A stretch of 64,000 nucleotides of DNA from Lytechinus pictus (lineage: Eukaryota): the NCBI RefSeq assembly GCF_037042905.1, contig NC_087250.1, positions 20,028,001 to 20,092,000 of the forward strand. Direction: 5' to 3'. The notes under the pieces are model-generated. The model did not search any database, was not told the origin of the DNA, and saw only the letters and a list, made by a program, of their open reading frames with translations. A program made the translations under genes and the position numbers. Within the stretch, counting starts at the first letter, position 1. Each line of letters starts with the position of its first letter. Of this stretch, positions 26,564 to 37,299 are shown in pieces.

Positions 26564-27592
26564 ATGCCAAGACACCACCTAAGTGAAACAGATGTAGCCA
26601 GAGCCCTAGGGATGCTGGAAGCTGGCCTCAGTCAGCGAAGAGTAGCCATAATGATGGGCGTGTCACACAGTGTCATTAGCAGAGCAAATCAAAGACACCG
26701 AGAGACAGGGCTATACTCCGAGAGACCCCGCAGTGGCCGACCAGTTTCGACAACCCCTAGAGATGATCGCTACTTGACGAATCTCAGCCTCCGCAACCGC
26801 TTTCACAGTGCACGCCGCCTCAACAATGACTTCGCTGCAGCAACTGGAGTGATTGTTTCCACTCAAACAATCCGTAACCGACTTCACAGAGCCAATATGC
26901 ATGCCAGACGGCCAGCTCAGTGTGTCCCACTCACCCCTGCTCACAGAAGAATTCGTCTCAACTGGGCCCGGGAGCATGTCAGATGGACCAGACAGCAATG
27001 GCGTAGAGTTCTGTTCACAGATGAGAGCAGATTTTCCCTTGACCACAATGATGGACGTTCGAGAGTCTGGAGGCGACCAGGAGAGAGATTTGCAGACCCC
27101 TGTATTGCAGAACATGACCGTTATGGGGGAGGCAGCGTCATGGTGTGGGGAGGCATCACCTACGCCAACCGTACTCGTCTCTACGTGGTCCCAGGGGGAG
27201 CAATGACAGGAGTGAGGTACAGGGATGAGGTCCTTGAACCTATAGTGGTGCCATTTGCAGAAAATGTGGGACAAAACATCATTTTCATGGATGACAATGC
27301 CCGTGCCCACCGAGCTAGGGTGGTGACCGAGTTCCTTGAGGGCCAGGGGATTGAGCGTATGGAGTGGCCAGCGAGGTCCCCGGACTTAAACCCGATAGAG
27401 CACGTCTGGGACATGATGGGGAGGAGTCTCGAGCAGCTCGAAGCCCATCCACTTGGACTGCAGCAGCTGGGTGTGGCTCTGGAGGCTGCATGGGATGCAC
27501 TGGACGTCAGAGACATCAATCGCCTCATCAGCTCCATGAGACAGCGCTGTGAAGCCGTTATTGCTGCAGGAGGTGGTCACACTCGTTACTGA
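26564..27592 (+). CDS. Tc1-family transposase, right copy (342 aa)
   Basis: Same protein as the left copy except RRVARMM/RRVAIMM and RMKWP/RMEWP; uninterrupted ORF. Confidence 0.93.
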   Translation: MPRHHLSETDVARALGMLEAGLSQRRVAIMMGVSHSVISRANQRHRETGLYSERPRSGRPVSTTPRDDRYLTNLSLRNRFHSARRLNNDFAAATGVIVSTQTIRNRLHRANMHARRPAQCVPLTPAHRRIRLNWAREHVRWTRQQWRRVLFTDESRFSLDHNDGRSRVWRRPGERFADPCIAEHDRYGGGSVMVWGGITYANRTRLYVVPGGAMTGVRYRDEVLEPIVVPFAENVGQNIIFMDDNARAHRARVVTEFLEGQGIERMEWPARSPDLNPIEHVWDMMGRSLEQLEAHPLGLQQLGVALEAAWDALDVRDINRLISSMRQRCEAVIAAGGGHTRY

Positions 27593-28389
27593 ACTGCCTG
27601 AAAGACACTCAGACATTCGTTTTTACCACTTCATGTCGGTAGCTGATACCCCTCGGGGCCCACTTTTCAGGATGTGCAGTGATGCGAGAGACATTGTGCA
27701 ACAACTGAAACCACCCATGCGTGAAATTGATTACAGCGTGTTTAAGGACATTTAGGACAGTTGTACTGAGGTATTTCCAGAAATAAAACACCTTGTATAA
27801 AATCTTTATGTACGTTTTAAAAAGTGGTCCTTAACTTTTTTTGAGTAGTGTATGTTAGGATCGACAGGCATACCGTAAAGAAGTCGTTAAGTAGGACAGT
27901 TAATTCGTTGTAAGATGACTCCTCAAATGTCTGTTTAGATGTATGATGAAATATGTGACAGAAAATTCTGGAGTAAGTTGTGTAACTGCTGAGATAAAAA
28001 GCCAAACAAGCATGACATTCTTTCCACAGAACAATCATTTTCTTCGCCAAATTTTGCCTGAACGTGCAACACACGACATGCACGAAGGGGTTTCAGAAAC
28101 ACCATGTGTTACTTGCTTCGTTTTGCCAAAGTTGAGCAAAATAGTCAAAATTATGAAAAATGTTATGGTCACTAGAATAGTTATTTGTTAAAAAGTATTC
28201 TAATACTAGTACCTACTTGTATGTTTAAGATTATATATTAATTTACTAAATAATTTGGCAGTGAATCTCGTACGTTATGAGATCACTAAATTAAAGAAAA
28301 TGAAAGCTTTGGAATGATCAAGATAATTTGTGCAAAATCAAAAAATCAAAGAAACCGATCTATAATTGAGTTAATAATGAGAAAGTTGA

Positions 28390-28984
28390 AGGTCAAGTCC
28401 ACCACAGGAAAATGTTGATTGGAATAAATAGAGAAAAATCCAACAAGCATAACGCTGAAAATTTCATCAAAATCGGATGTAAAACAAGAAAGTTTTGACA
28501 TTTCAAAGTTTCGCCTATTTTTCAAAAAACAGTGATATGCACAACCAAGTGACACGCAAACATGGCAAATGAGACAGTCGATGATGTCCCTCACTCACTA
28601 TTTCTTTTGTTTTTTACTATTTGAATTATACAATATTTCATTTTTTACAAATTTGACAATATGGACCAACTTGACTGAACCATATAGTATTAAACAATGC
28701 TAATTCCATATGTTCAGGGAGGAATTATTGCTGTTTCACTTGACAATGAGGACAAAATGAGAATGTTTCATATTTCATATAATAAAATACAAAAGAAATA
28801 GTGAGTGGATGACATCATCAGTCTCCTCATTTGCATACCGACCAGGATGTACATATAACTGTTTTGTGAAATTAAGCGAAACTTTAAAATGTCATAACTT
28901 TCTTATTTTACATCCGATTTTGATGAAATTTTCAGTGTTATGTTTGTTGGATAAATAAACTTTTTGTTGGGGTGGACTTGTCCT
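28390..28984. mobile_element. TTAA-target (Kolobok-like) MITE, uninterrupted copy
   Basis: AGGTCAAGTCCACC...GGTGGACTTGTCCT|TTAA; long imperfect inverted arms. Confidence 0.85.
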
Positions 28985-29271
28985 TTAAGAGAATTTGAAG
29001 TTTAAATAATTACTGTATTTTAATATAGATCCTCCCATTGGCAATGCGACAAAAAAGTGTGATGTTACATGTAAACAACTTTGCCATTACTTTTGTATAT
29101 AATTCACCTAAACTGCCTCTTTTATCTGTCATATATCAGTAGATCGTGTGTTCTTTCTATAGTGAGAGCATGTTATGCATATTTTTGGATGAATATATTA
29201 TGGATAAGGAGTTTGTATCACCATATGAAAGAGCAGAACGATACATTTTGGAGGCATTTTATGGTCCATCA

Positions 29272-30431
29272 CAGCGGCTGATCCAACTTTCGCTAATAGG
29301 GGGGTGGGGGATTTCGATTTTTTTTATTTTACCCATATTTCCCCAATCGGCCGCTCAAAGTTGATTTTTATTTGTTTATTTGAAGGGGTAGTCCTAACAG
29401 TCACTTCTTATCTTTATTTCCACGAAACATAAATAATAATCTCATATAAGCCCTAATTGAATAGTACGAGCGCGAAACGCGAGCTAATTTTTAAAGCAAA
29501 TATTATGTATTTTGTCCTAAAAATTGAACATTCGATCTGAGCAATATTGTGATCGTGAACAAGATGTGTATGTAACTAAAAAATTACTGCGAGCGCGAAT
29601 CGCAAGCAACAATTTTTAATGTACGATCTGGCCTGATGGAAAACAGATCTTAAGGACTGTTTGCAGTTACCCATCAAAACGATACATATTTCAACAATCA
29701 AATAATGCGAGCACGAAGCGCGAACTGAAAATTTTTGACATTTTGACCTAAAAATTTGACATTCCAAGCACTTTTTGTAATTATAAACATGATAGGTATA
29801 TAACTAAACATTTCATGCGAGCGCGAAGCGTGAGCGAAAAAAAATAGATTTAGACCTAAAACGGTTTCGTAAATCACGAAACGGATGACTAATTGGGTAT
29901 CTTCATACAATAATAATGCGGGCACGAAGCGCGAGAAGCAATTTGTGATATTATGATATGAAACTGGATAATTCAAGTGCCTTTTAAATAAAGAACAAAC
30001 TGCGTATCTGTTGTGTGCGCGTGTTTTTGAGATTTCGACCTAGAATCTGGGCATTCTAAATGCATTCCTTTCATTATGAAAATCAATAATGCGCAAGCGC
30101 GAGCTGAAAAAATTGATGGCGATTTGAATAGGGTCAATTTAAGCACTATTTCAAGTATCGTAGGAAATTTGTAAAGTGGATATGGATTGTACTTCACAAA
30201 TGATGCGGGTGCGAAGCGCGAGCCGATTTCTTAAAATTATTATTTAGACCAAGCACCCGGGGAAATTGTACGGACATTTTGTCATCAGATGAAAATGAAA
30301 ATGACTATTTTCCTGTTCCTCTTCCTGAGTGCGAGATGAAACTTGTCGACATTTTTTTTGGTTGCCAAAAATAGGGAGGGGGGGGGGGGGCGGCTTGCCC
30401 CCGCCCCCAGCCTCTCTTAGATCTGCGCCTG
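29272..30431 (+). mobile_element. Long non-autonomous element with internal GCGAGCGCGAAGCGCGAGC repeats; relatives at 59948-60879 and ~21220-22565 (minus)
   Basis: CAGCGGCTGATCC...GATCTGCGCCTG ends; motif recurs about every 100-120 bp. Confidence 0.7.
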
Positions 30432-30888
30432 CATCAAATGGAAAGTTGTTTATGTGACAGCACACATCTTTGTTGCATTGCCAATTGGAAGATCTCCATA
30501 GCATGACAACATTCAAATGGTCACAACTTCATCATTATTAATTGTCTGTTTTTTCTTAAAATTTTTGATCGTATTCTTTGATTTTTCTGATTCCACACAA
30601 GCCCATCTTTTTCAAAGTTTTCATTTCCCTTTAAACAGTCATATTCAAAAGGATTTTGATCTTAATTTTAATTATTAAGTACATTGTTTCTATTCATGAT
30701 AATCAATAAACTTAGGTAGAATAACAGTAATAATAGGAACAATAATTATATTATATTTCACCTTATAAAAACCGTTCTGCGGCCCCTGTCATAAATGCAT
30801 GAATGCCATTTTCATTTGAAAAGTCGGGGAGTGGGGGGGGGGGGAGTGACGATAGACGGCACTCATTGTGGTCGCGTAAAAGGTTCGT

Positions 30889-31067
30889 ATGTGTGTTTGA
30901 TTTTGTTTTAACAGACTTTTAATAGTCAGAGATGTTTATTATGGGAAGACCTTTAACGCCACCATCCGGAAGACGTGACCAGGGCTTGAACCTCGAACTT
31001 CTGTATCAATTCGTAACTTCACCATGTAGCTAGGATTACAGGCGCACATTACAACGTTGAACACTAG
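30889..31067 (-). mobile_element. SINE-like element with 7SL-like head, copy A (more diverged)
   Basis: Minus strand: GTAATGTGCGCCTGTAATCCTAGCTAC...GGTTCAAGCCCTGGTCACGTCTTCCGGATGGTGGCGTTAAAGGTC; colinear with copy B. Confidence 0.65.
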
Positions 31068-31631
31068 CAAGTGATACACAACACACAGATCGTTCCCACT
31101 TTAAAAAGACTGGGCTATCTTGAAACGCCGAAGACGGGGGGAGGGGGGGGGGGGAGACTTCGACTGCGCAATCACGACGAAAATCGGCATGCATGTTACT
31201 CATGGCATAATCTACGAAACTATAAGATCAACTTCTATGAGAAATCTCGTAACTAATTAATATTGTTTCTTTTATTATTTTCTGTTTTTCATTTTCACAC
31301 AATCTCCCCTGTTCTAATCGATTACTTGTAATGGATCAATCGATTATAGTTCAATTTCGTTATTTTTTAAAAATATTTTTCACGACAGCTCGTTACCAGT
31401 AGAATGTGGGATTTTATATATCATATATATTTATATATTTTAACATCTTTAGGCTAAGATAACAATGTAAACAAATCGTTTATAACAAAAAAAATATGTT
31501 ACTCACTAGCATAATTATCTATTTAAAAATAAATAATTATGATATTGTTTCGAATGTTACATTAATCTTAATCTTATAATTTAATTTAACATTATTTTGG
31601 CAGTGGACTGCATATGTTTGAAGTTCACTAC

Positions 31632-31802
31632 GTGTGTGTATTTCAGTTGTGTCAGACGTGTATCAATCAGATATGATTATTTACGTCTGGGACCGACCTT
31701 TAACGTCACCATCCGAAAGACGTGACCGGGGTTCGAACCTCTGCATCAATTTGTAACTTCCCCACATAGCTTGGATTACAGGCGCACGCCACATCGAATA
31801 AC
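31632..31802 (-). mobile_element. SINE-like element with 7SL-like head, copy B
   Basis: Minus strand: GTGGCGTGCGCCTGTAATCCAAGCTA...GGTTCGAACCCCGG-TCACGTCTTTCGGATGGTGACGTTAAAGGTCGGTCCC...(CA)n. Confidence 0.7.
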
Positions 31803-33274
31803 TAGGATAGGTAAACATACTAATAAGAAATCGTCAAGTCGGACAGTTAACTTTATCAATTGACTATCCAAATGTCTGTCTGAATGATGAAATAACAGAA
31901 GATTCTGGATAAAATTGTGTAACTGATAAGATAAAAAGACAAACAAGAATGACATTTCACAAACTTGTCGGGACCTTTCCACTCCAATGATAATACACTG
32001 TTCCACGTAGGATTTATTTTTCAATTTACATTATACTAATACATTTATGTAATATTGACTGGTATTGAGGGGAATATCAAATATGTCGCCCGCAACAGAA
32101 GTCCTTAGACGAGGGCAATATGGTTCTTTTAAGGGCAACATATTTCCCGGAAGAAGACCCAGTCAATATTATTATTATCACCTAAGGCTGTACAATGTGT
32201 AATTCAAGCAATTATAAATTTTGGAACAATTTAAATGCATGTTTGCTAATCACTACCGGGATCACTACTTCTGATTTTAGGTTATTCACGAACTTAGCGA
32301 AGTACCCTTAATATTTGTGACGTATTTACCTTGCAGTCGCGCACGCGCACATGCACTGAACACGTAGAAATCATGCAATTGGGTTTGTTATGCCGGGACG
32401 TGCATTATCTACAATGTGTTGATTCATAAACTGGTTCCAGCCAGTTTTCTCAAACACTGAAATTAGCGATCAAAATCGAATCCTACTGCGCAATGCATTA
32501 GCAAAAATATGGCCAATATTGCCTTCTGTTTTGTACAGGATTTCTATAGGCAAAGCCCGAGGAGGGCAACATGGCAAATGTTTACCTCGTTGGTTTCGGA
32601 TTCAAAGTAGCGAGCGAAATATGGCTTTTATTTATCTCCTAAAATGCCTTGTATCGGTATAAAAACCGTTCTTTGGCCTCAGTAATAAATGCATCGATAA
32701 CCTGTGTTGACTCAATCGATTATAGTTTAATTCCATTATTATGAAAAAAATCTCACGACAACTCGTCATCTAAAGTTTTGGGTTTTTATATCACATGTTA
32801 AAAAAAAAATAAAAAAATTGATTTAAAAGAAAGCAAACGTTCTATTTAAGAAGAAAAAATAGTCACTAGCATAATTATTTTTAAAGATTATTATGAATAA
32901 TGACATTGGATCATACTATGAAACTACCTAACTATATACTGTTATTATTATTTTGGCAGTGAACTGCATACGTTATAAGTTCACTAATAGGAAGATAGTC
33001 AGGTATATTTTGAAAAGGTTGTCAAGACAGGATAGTTAACATTATAAGATGTCTCTCCAAATGTCTGTTTGTATAAATGATGAAATATGTGACAGAAGAA
33101 TCTGGAGAAAATTGTGTAACTGCTGACATAAAAAGCCAGGCAAGCATGACATTTCACAAACTAGGCGGGACATTTTTACTCCTATAATAATACACTGTTC
33201 CATGTGGGATCTTTTTTCACCTTATAATTCATAATCACACAAAGTTCGGTTTATGCACTTGTGCCAGATTTAAA

Positions 33275-33850
33275 TCTATGGTGACACCACATCTGATTTG
33301 TTGAAAACAAGACTGTTCATTGTTAATTGTTACCATTTGCTTCCGATTTGAAAGATAGCTTTCAAAAAGTTTTAGTGTTATTCCCCTTATCCCATATAAA
33401 TTCAGTTTATTTAACAATATGCGATGATCTAAAGTATCAAAAGCCTTTGATAAATCCAAAAATAACCCAATCATTATCTCTCCATTATCTATTGAATTTA
33501 CAACCTTATGGATAAGATTAACCAGTGCAGAAGAAGTAGAATGACCTGCTCTAAAACCATATTGGTTATTGCTGATAGTATTGCACATAGATATGAAATT
33601 ATATAAACGATAAATACACCTCTCAAGTATTTTGGAAAATATTGTTAAAACAGATATTGGACGATAATTAGTCATGAATTCAGGTGTACCATTTTTAGAA
33701 ACAGGGGTAACTCTCGCTAATTTCATTTGATCAGGAAAAATTCCCAGTTGAAAACACTGATTGAATATTGCACATAATGGGTTAACAATTAAATGTATTA
33801 CACGCTTCACAACTTTAACATTAATTCCATCAAAACCGGCACTTGTCTAC
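33275..33850 (-). mobile_element. CR1/L2-group LINE RT fragment
   Basis: NYRPIS...QYGFR...FLDLSKAFD. Confidence 0.85.
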
Positions 33851-34439
33851 CAATTCTAAACAGTACGATGAGCATGGTATTTAAAATGTATCATATAAAA
33901 AAGAGAAATTTAAATGTTGCAGATAAAAAGATAATAATATGGTTTGGATGATTCATAGCTGGGAACGTAACATTTTTTTTAGTTTGCTACAGTAGGTATA
34001 GCATTAATGATAATAATAGAATGGACAAACTACTCTTCAGGTACAGTCCCTGATTAAAACTTTGATCATAAAGTGGATCTTCACCTAAGGCTTGTACAGA
34101 TAATCTTTTTTTCAACTTCACGGACCTCCTATACTCAATTAAGTAATTGGCAGAGGCTTTTGGCTGCATATTCAGATCACTTTCCTCGAGTGATTATTGA
34201 ATGGTTTACAAATGGATCTGTTTTGTCAAATAATACCTAATCACCCATGCATGTCCAACTTCCAAGGTTGTGTCTGTGTGGAGGCTGTAGCCCAAAGGTG
34301 CCAAAGCTGTGAGTTCGACAAGTTTCTGTTGAAATTTTAATACTATTTAATAAGGGTCAGAAGTTTAATCACAGGTATTAAGATGTCACTTTCAATCTTA
34401 TATCTGTCAAGAAATCAGAGGGATGAAAGTATGGAAACT

Positions 34440-35055
34440 TGGGATCTTAAGCCTTAATATGGTTGTTATTTACCTGATTGCTAAGAAAGCATGAATACTT
34501 GAAAGCAAACAACCAGAGGACCGACAGCTTAATGTCCTCTCCAAGACCTGGTAATGAGGATGCGCCTTACAAAAGAGCACTAATCACTAGCGTACCTACG
34601 GGGGGGGGGGGGGGCAGGGGGGGGGGCACTCTGCCCCCCCTGACGAGCCACAACCCATACAAAAGACATATACCTGCCCCCCCTGACGAGCATAAAAGAC
34701 CTCTTTGGCCCCCCCCCACCTGATGAGCTTGAAGCTTGAAGACCTTTTTTTTTTTTTTTTTTTTTTTTTTGTTTTTTTTTTTTTGCTTGTCAAATTTTTT
34801 TTTGGAACGAAAGCCAATATTTTTTTATTGAAGACCTTTTTTTTTTTTTTTTTTTTAACGAAAACCTATATTTTTTTATTGAAGATCTTTTTTTTTTTTT
34901 TTTTTTTTTGCTTGTCAAATTTTTTTGCGGCCGATTTTGCCCCCCCCCCTGTGGAAAATCCTAGGTACGCCACAGGCACTAATGTACCAAGTGGGAATCA
35001 AATCCAGGTCAGCGGAATCCGAAACCCCCTCTCTACCGACTGAGCTATCATTCCT
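34440..35055 (-). mobile_element. tRNA-derived SINE interrupted by a hAT-type MITE
   Basis: Head ATAGCTCAGTCGGTAGAG on minus; body matches 59603-59790 in reverse. Confidence 0.7.
34585..34975. mobile_element. hAT-type MITE
   Basis: 8-bp TSD GCACTAAT at 34577 and 34976; TIR CACTAGCGTACC...GGTACGCCACAG; relative at ~20425-20724. Confidence 0.85.
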
Positions 35056-35889
35056 GATTAGGCCAAAAAAAAGGACAAGAAAACCATAAAGGATAGAAAG
35101 GCTTACTAACATGACTAAATTGGGAGATGTTTTCTATGTCTAAGTGTCATTATGTAATATGTCATGAGGTTTGCACACATCTGCTGAATAGAGACAACCA
35201 GGGAGGGGCATACAATAAAAGTCCCTGAATATGGAGAGGAGGCATATCAGCCTAAGTAGTCTTTGATGTTATCCTTCGGGTATTTTCGGCTACAGCGATA
35301 GTGTCAGTGACTCCGGCTGTTAAGAACTGTTTGTTTGTTTGTATTTCCGAATCAGATAAAAAAAAATACAATATACAAGAGAGATACATACAATAACGGA
35401 GGATCATCCAATTCAGCTGTATTTACAAAATACTGCTGTTCTTTCTTGGGGTCCTACAAGAACTGATGCCTTAAATACTCAGTTTAAGAAAATACGTCTG
35501 AATGAAAAGACAAGGATTCCTCTCAACATGCATACATATGTAAAGGACATTGACAAAGGTAAAGCTTCGGAAAACAGGTACACTATTGTAGGACTTACAC
35601 TAACGCTACTGTTTGTTCCATGGAGATTTAGATCAATGTACATCTTTAAAGACATCCGTATATGTCTGAGAAAATATCTAAAACTGATGTTATTGGGATG
35701 ATACCCCTACAGTATTGGTAAAACATACTACTCTGTATTTGTAATGATGATTTGTTCAAATATTAAGGCTGGAACATCTAAAGGCATAATTTTGTATCAC
35801 TGCTTGAATGGAGTGGAAAAAACATTGAATCAGGGTGTTGAATTGTGCAATAATCTCTAAAGTAATAATCACTCCTCAGTGTGCCAAAA

Positions 35890-36800
35890 CGGACTCAGTG
35901 ATGATCTGGCAAGTCTAACTCCTTACTGTGCTATAAATCATCTCTGTGCCGATCCAGAAAGACCCCAACTTAGTGTATTCCACTTTAAGAACAGAGAGCA
36001 GATACAAAACTGAGGGTCAGATTACCATCTGACCCACCTACAAGCAAACCTACCTTGGCGTCATTCTAGACCGTTCGTTTTCATAGAAAGAACATGCTGC
36101 CAAAACAAATGCAAAATTTGGAGCAAGGAATATCATTCTGAAGAAGCTGGGAAACAGATGGGGAACCGACAGATACCAATTATCTCTCTACCACAGCTCT
36201 TGCTCTATGCTTCCCCAATGCTGAGTATGCAGCCCTTGGTGCTCAGTATTGACCCCAAGTCTTGAATGGAGCATGCAGAGCCACCACTGGCTGTTTGCGA
36301 CTAACAGATGTGAGTAATCTTTACCTTCTCTGTATTATTGCCCCACCATACGTCAGAAGAGAACTCATCAGCACAGATGAAAGAAAAAAAAAACAATCAA
36401 GAAGATAATATTCCACTCGTCAACCATGAACCTGCCAAGAGACTCAAATCTAGACACAGTTTTCTCCGCTCAACAGAATCCTTTGATGACTCTGCACGCA
36501 CGAAAGCGTCACCCTCTGGTCTAACAATCTCCAGTCTGTGATGCACAATCTCACCTATGGACTTTGTACATCACTCTCCAGGTCCAATTGAAGAATGGCC
36601 TACCTGATCTTGTCTGAATCGCCTATGGGTCTACAATATGAATGGAGAAACTACCTGCAACTGTAAGGATGATCATAGGATACAACACTTATTTGTCTGG
36701 CCCCTCCTACCAGAGCTATGAACGCCACTTTCCACAGGAAAGCTACATGTAGATTTTGTACCATTAACAGGATATGACATCTTTAATGACCTAAGAAGAA
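35890..36800 (+). mobile_element. Degraded Ingi/Vingi-like non-LTR element, 3' part
   Basis: Decayed frame YLGVILDRSFS*KEHAAKTNAKFGARNIILKKLG; clade call from motif memory. Confidence 0.6.
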
Positions 36801-37299
36801 GTCTGTAATTGATTATCTGACTGGTAGAAGACACCCATTTACAGTAATCTGACATTTGGGGGGAATGATTATTTGCTCATGGGTTGTTAGATGGGGGAGG
36901 GGGCAGGGACTTATAATTGGTTCCTGATGGGGTTGCCGTGGGGTTGTCGGTTAGGCTAAAACTTCGCTGAAAACGGTGCATATATTCTGATTGTCAGTGT
37001 TTTAAGGTGAAAATTACAATTTGCCAGTGGAAGAGCAAAGATATTCGATGCTAACAATCTTACCCCATATCTACACCCCCCCTTAAAAAGCCACCTTTTG
37101 GAGAGACAAACTCTTGCACACCTAGGATCCAATTCGGTCATAGTATACTGAATGATCTTAAAGGGCAATATTTGCTCTCTGCCCATCTTCTCGGGTCACT
37201 ACACAAGTCCTGTGTAGTAGAGGGTTCAAGCAAGATCTGGCTTTTGGGTGAACGACTCCAGATCTTTGGCAGCGCACAGCTCTGGTAGGACGGGGGGGG

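Larger units (their letters stand above)
24946..27850. mobile_element. Palindromic Tc1/mariner (DD34E) element with two transposase genes
   Basis: TA|CACTACTCAAAAAAA...TTTTTTTGAGTAGTG|TA. Arms 24946-26236 and 26560-27850 are near-perfect inverted copies around a 323-bp spacer. Confidence 0.95.
24465..33230 (+). repeat. Three local copies of a ~650-bp repeat (24465-24943 + 27853-28020; 31180-31630 + 31803-32020; ~32700-33230)
   Basis: Shared blocks such as GGCAGTGGACTGCATA..TTCACTA and CAAATGTCTGT..GATGAAATATGTGACAGAA. Confidence 0.75.

Noticed and set aside
25244..27616. Mirror-image secondary ORFs (199, 118, 117 aa and others) in the Tc1 arms
   Set aside because: Antisense or alternate frames of the GC-rich transposase, duplicated only because the arms are
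29465..30230. Regularly spaced GCGAGCGCGAAGCGCGAGC motifs that look like a repeat-spacer (CRISPR-like) array; also 60085-60570
   Set aside because: Eukaryotic context, no cas genes, degenerate repeats, and spacers related to each other; these are internal repeats of a TIR element
31760..31800. Human Alu contamination or a true 7SL gene
   Set aside because: Only ~30 nt resemble the Alu domain; the rest is unrelated to Alu or the SRP S domain, and two diverged copies are embedded in native repeats
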